Source of the DNA: Chamaesiphon sp. | Lineage (GTDB): Bacteria; Cyanobacteriota; Cyanobacteriia; Cyanobacteriales; Chamaesiphonaceae | DNA: 64,000 nucleotides | Assembly (NCBI GenBank): GCA_965246715.1 | Contig: CBDFFH010000042.1 | Span: 1 to 64,000 of the forward strand | Reading direction: 5' to 3' | In this document: positions 63,883-64,000 of the stretch, piece after piece | How positions within the stretch are numbered: the first letter of the stretch is position 1 | How the letters are laid out: every line of letters starts with the position of its first letter | Position numbers and translations under genes: made by a program | The notes under the pieces: model-generated | The model's database searches: none | What the model was told of the DNA's origin: nothing | What the model saw: only the letters and a program-made list of their open reading frames with translations

Positions 63883-64000
63883 ATGAATCGTAGCTTCTGG
63901 ATTATTGCCGTCATCAATTTCATTAACTCACTCAGCTTTACCATCCTCATTCCCACGATTTATCAGTACGGAAGAGAATTTCACCTGAGCGATATTCAAA
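63883..64000 (+). CDS. MFS transporter, N-terminal part (runs off the window end)
   Basis: My translation MNRSFWIIAVINFINSLSFTILIPTIYQYGREFHLSDIQ resembles TM1 of TetA-like MFS proteins. Confidence 0.7.
   Translation, partial: MNRSFWIIAVINFINSLSFTILIPTIYQYGREFHLSDIQ

Overview
Cyanobacterial chromosome segment, very rich in the HIP1 core CGATCG (often TCGATCGA) and in heptamer tandem repeats; this looks Chamaesiphon-like, which is an inference. Most genes are housekeeping or photosynthetic: surE, clpB, glk, tsaB, rplS-tRNA-Trp, psaC-glmS, the atpIBEF'FHAG operon, cobB, pdxA, petM-ycf39, nadK-nblR, an ArsA/GET3 ATPase and glmU. The main accessory region (about 21.2-37.1 kb) starts exactly at the attTn7 position downstream of glmS with a Tn7-like right end and a tnsA stump. 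It continues with a PEP-CTERM gene and a 4174-aa multidomain protein (vanadium-haloperoxidase-like domain, Ig repeats, an AT-richer DUF1990-like cassette, LVIVD propeller, PPC-like repeats). It ends in an IS hotspot with an intact ISL3, IS1634 remnants and a MITE. Other notable items: a PEP-CTERM gene frameshifted in a C7 tract, small HIP1-targeting mobile repeats (one inserted in frame in a TPR gene), an orphan dynamin-like GTPase, a DXCF cyanobacteriochrome, a candidate structured RNA and a duplicated glmU 3' end. All family assignments come from motif recognition by eye; no database searches were run.
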